From an uncultured Pirellulaceae bacterium (GTDB taxonomy: Bacteria; Planctomycetota; Planctomycetia; Pirellulales; Pirellulaceae), in assembly GCA_938040995.1 (NCBI GenBank), contig CALHZT010000202.1, forward strand, positions 7,133-71,132: a stretch of 64,000 bases of DNA, read 5' to 3'. A program made the translations under genes and the position numbers. Positions 63,396 through 64,000 of the stretch are shown one piece after another. A model generated the notes under the pieces. It worked only from the letters and a program-made list of their open reading frames with translations. It made no database searches and was not told the origin of the DNA. The first letter of the stretch is position 1; every line of letters begins with the position of its first letter.

Positions 63396-64000
63396 CTACC
63401 GGCGACTGGTCATCAATGACTCGCCGACCCGCTTCTTGCTAATAATGGCATCATCAAAATAAAGTGTGGCGGATCCTTCTTTTGGCCCACCAGCAATGTG
63501 GTCTGTGTAATTGCCGACTCCCCATACCGCATTCTCATTTTCGAGTGTAATCGCGGTGCGCACATTCTTGATGTCAAACAATTGCTGACCATCTTGCCAG
63601 ATCGTGATCGAACCGTGATCGGAATGGGAAACGACGTAGTGGGCTTCGAGGTGAACCCACTTTCCGATGGGCATGCCGACGGGACGGCGTTGATCGAAAC
63701 TTTGAAAGCGGCCGTAGTGACTGGTCAGCCCCAGCTCGATTTGCCTTCGCCCTTCATTAAAGTAGGCGCCAAGCACAAACATCGGCTCGCTGACATCCTT
63801 CTCGTCGTTCGCCTTGAACTGAAAGATATTCCACCAGCCGCCATCCCCCGGATCCCACGGAGCATGTTTCTTCGAGCTGTAATTGTGCGGGAAGTAAATC
63901 CATGTGCTGTAAAAAGCGTCCTTCGGCAGGTACTGTCCACCGTCGTCCCACGGCCGATCCGTCCACCGCATCAACCGTACGGCTCGCTTGCCATTTTGGG
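63396..64000 (-). CDS. concanavalin-like / polysaccharide-lyase-like protein, partial (5' end outside the window)
   Basis: The frame stays open to the window edge upstream of the listed TTG at 63974. GGWWNIFQFK, VWGVGNYTD and LYFDDAII resemble the Polysacc_lyase (heparin-lyase-I-like jelly-roll) family as I recall it. The function call is tentative. Confidence 0.6.
   Translation of the reverse strand, partial: QNGKRAVRLMRWTDRPWDDGGQYLPKDAFYSTWIYFPHNYSSKKHAPWDPGDGGWWNIFQFKANDEKDVSEPMFVLGAYFNEGRRQIELGLTSHYGRFQSFDQRRPVGMPIGKWVHLEAHYVVSHSDHGSITIWQDGQQLFDIKNVRTAITLENENAVWGVGNYTDHIAGGPKEGSATLYFDDAIISKKRVGESLMTSRR

Noticed and set aside
1-64000. Looked for phage-defence, toxin-antitoxin, prophage, integrase or transposase genes as the source of a 'novel system'
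   Set aside because: I saw no nuclease, helicase or ATPase defence-type motifs, no small paired TA-like ORFs with recognisable folds, and no recombinases. The accessory-looking content here is biosynthetic or cell-surface genes plus non-autonomous repeats.

Overview
This 64-kb window looks like Planctomycetota chromosome, probably Pirellulaceae-like. That call rests on gene content only: one solo DUF1501 gene, one DUF1549/DUF1553+DUF1501 pair, three PEP-CTERM proteins, an ECF sigma/anti-sigma module, very large signal-peptide ORFans and many Sec/Tat-signal proteins. GC was not computed. I support about 36 CDS. I found no rRNA, tRNA, CRISPR array, transposase, integrase or recognisable defence genes.

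The strongest signal is a minus-strand gene cluster at 48.5-63.2 kb:
- AsnB-like amidotransferase
- polysaccharide-deacetylase-like protein
- GT4 glycosyltransferase
- a single-polypeptide NRPS-PKS (A-PCP-KS-AT-KR-ACP-TE, 2505 aa)
- a formyltransferase-FemAB fusion, joined to the synthase by an ATGA overlap

Within the synthase, my manual reading of the A-domain specificity residues gives DFWNIGMVHK, a threonine-type code. The AT carries HAFH, which is malonyl-type. The TE nucleophile motif is GYCMGG, with Cys in place of Ser. A complete copy of an intergenic hairpin repeat sits in frame inside the synthase gene.

The window is also dense in short hairpin or terminal-inverted-repeat elements. 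There are at least five families. One shows a nested insertion, one forms a 4 x 85-bp tandem array, and one brackets an ECF-sigma/PEP-CTERM module.

Other oddities:
- a signal-peptide protein combining EF-hands with a pyruvate-phosphate-dikinase-type ATP-grasp domain
- a MerR/B12-binding-like regulator with a degenerate His motif
- large ORFans of 2151, about 1253 and 942 aa

All functional calls come from motif reading by eye. No searches were run.
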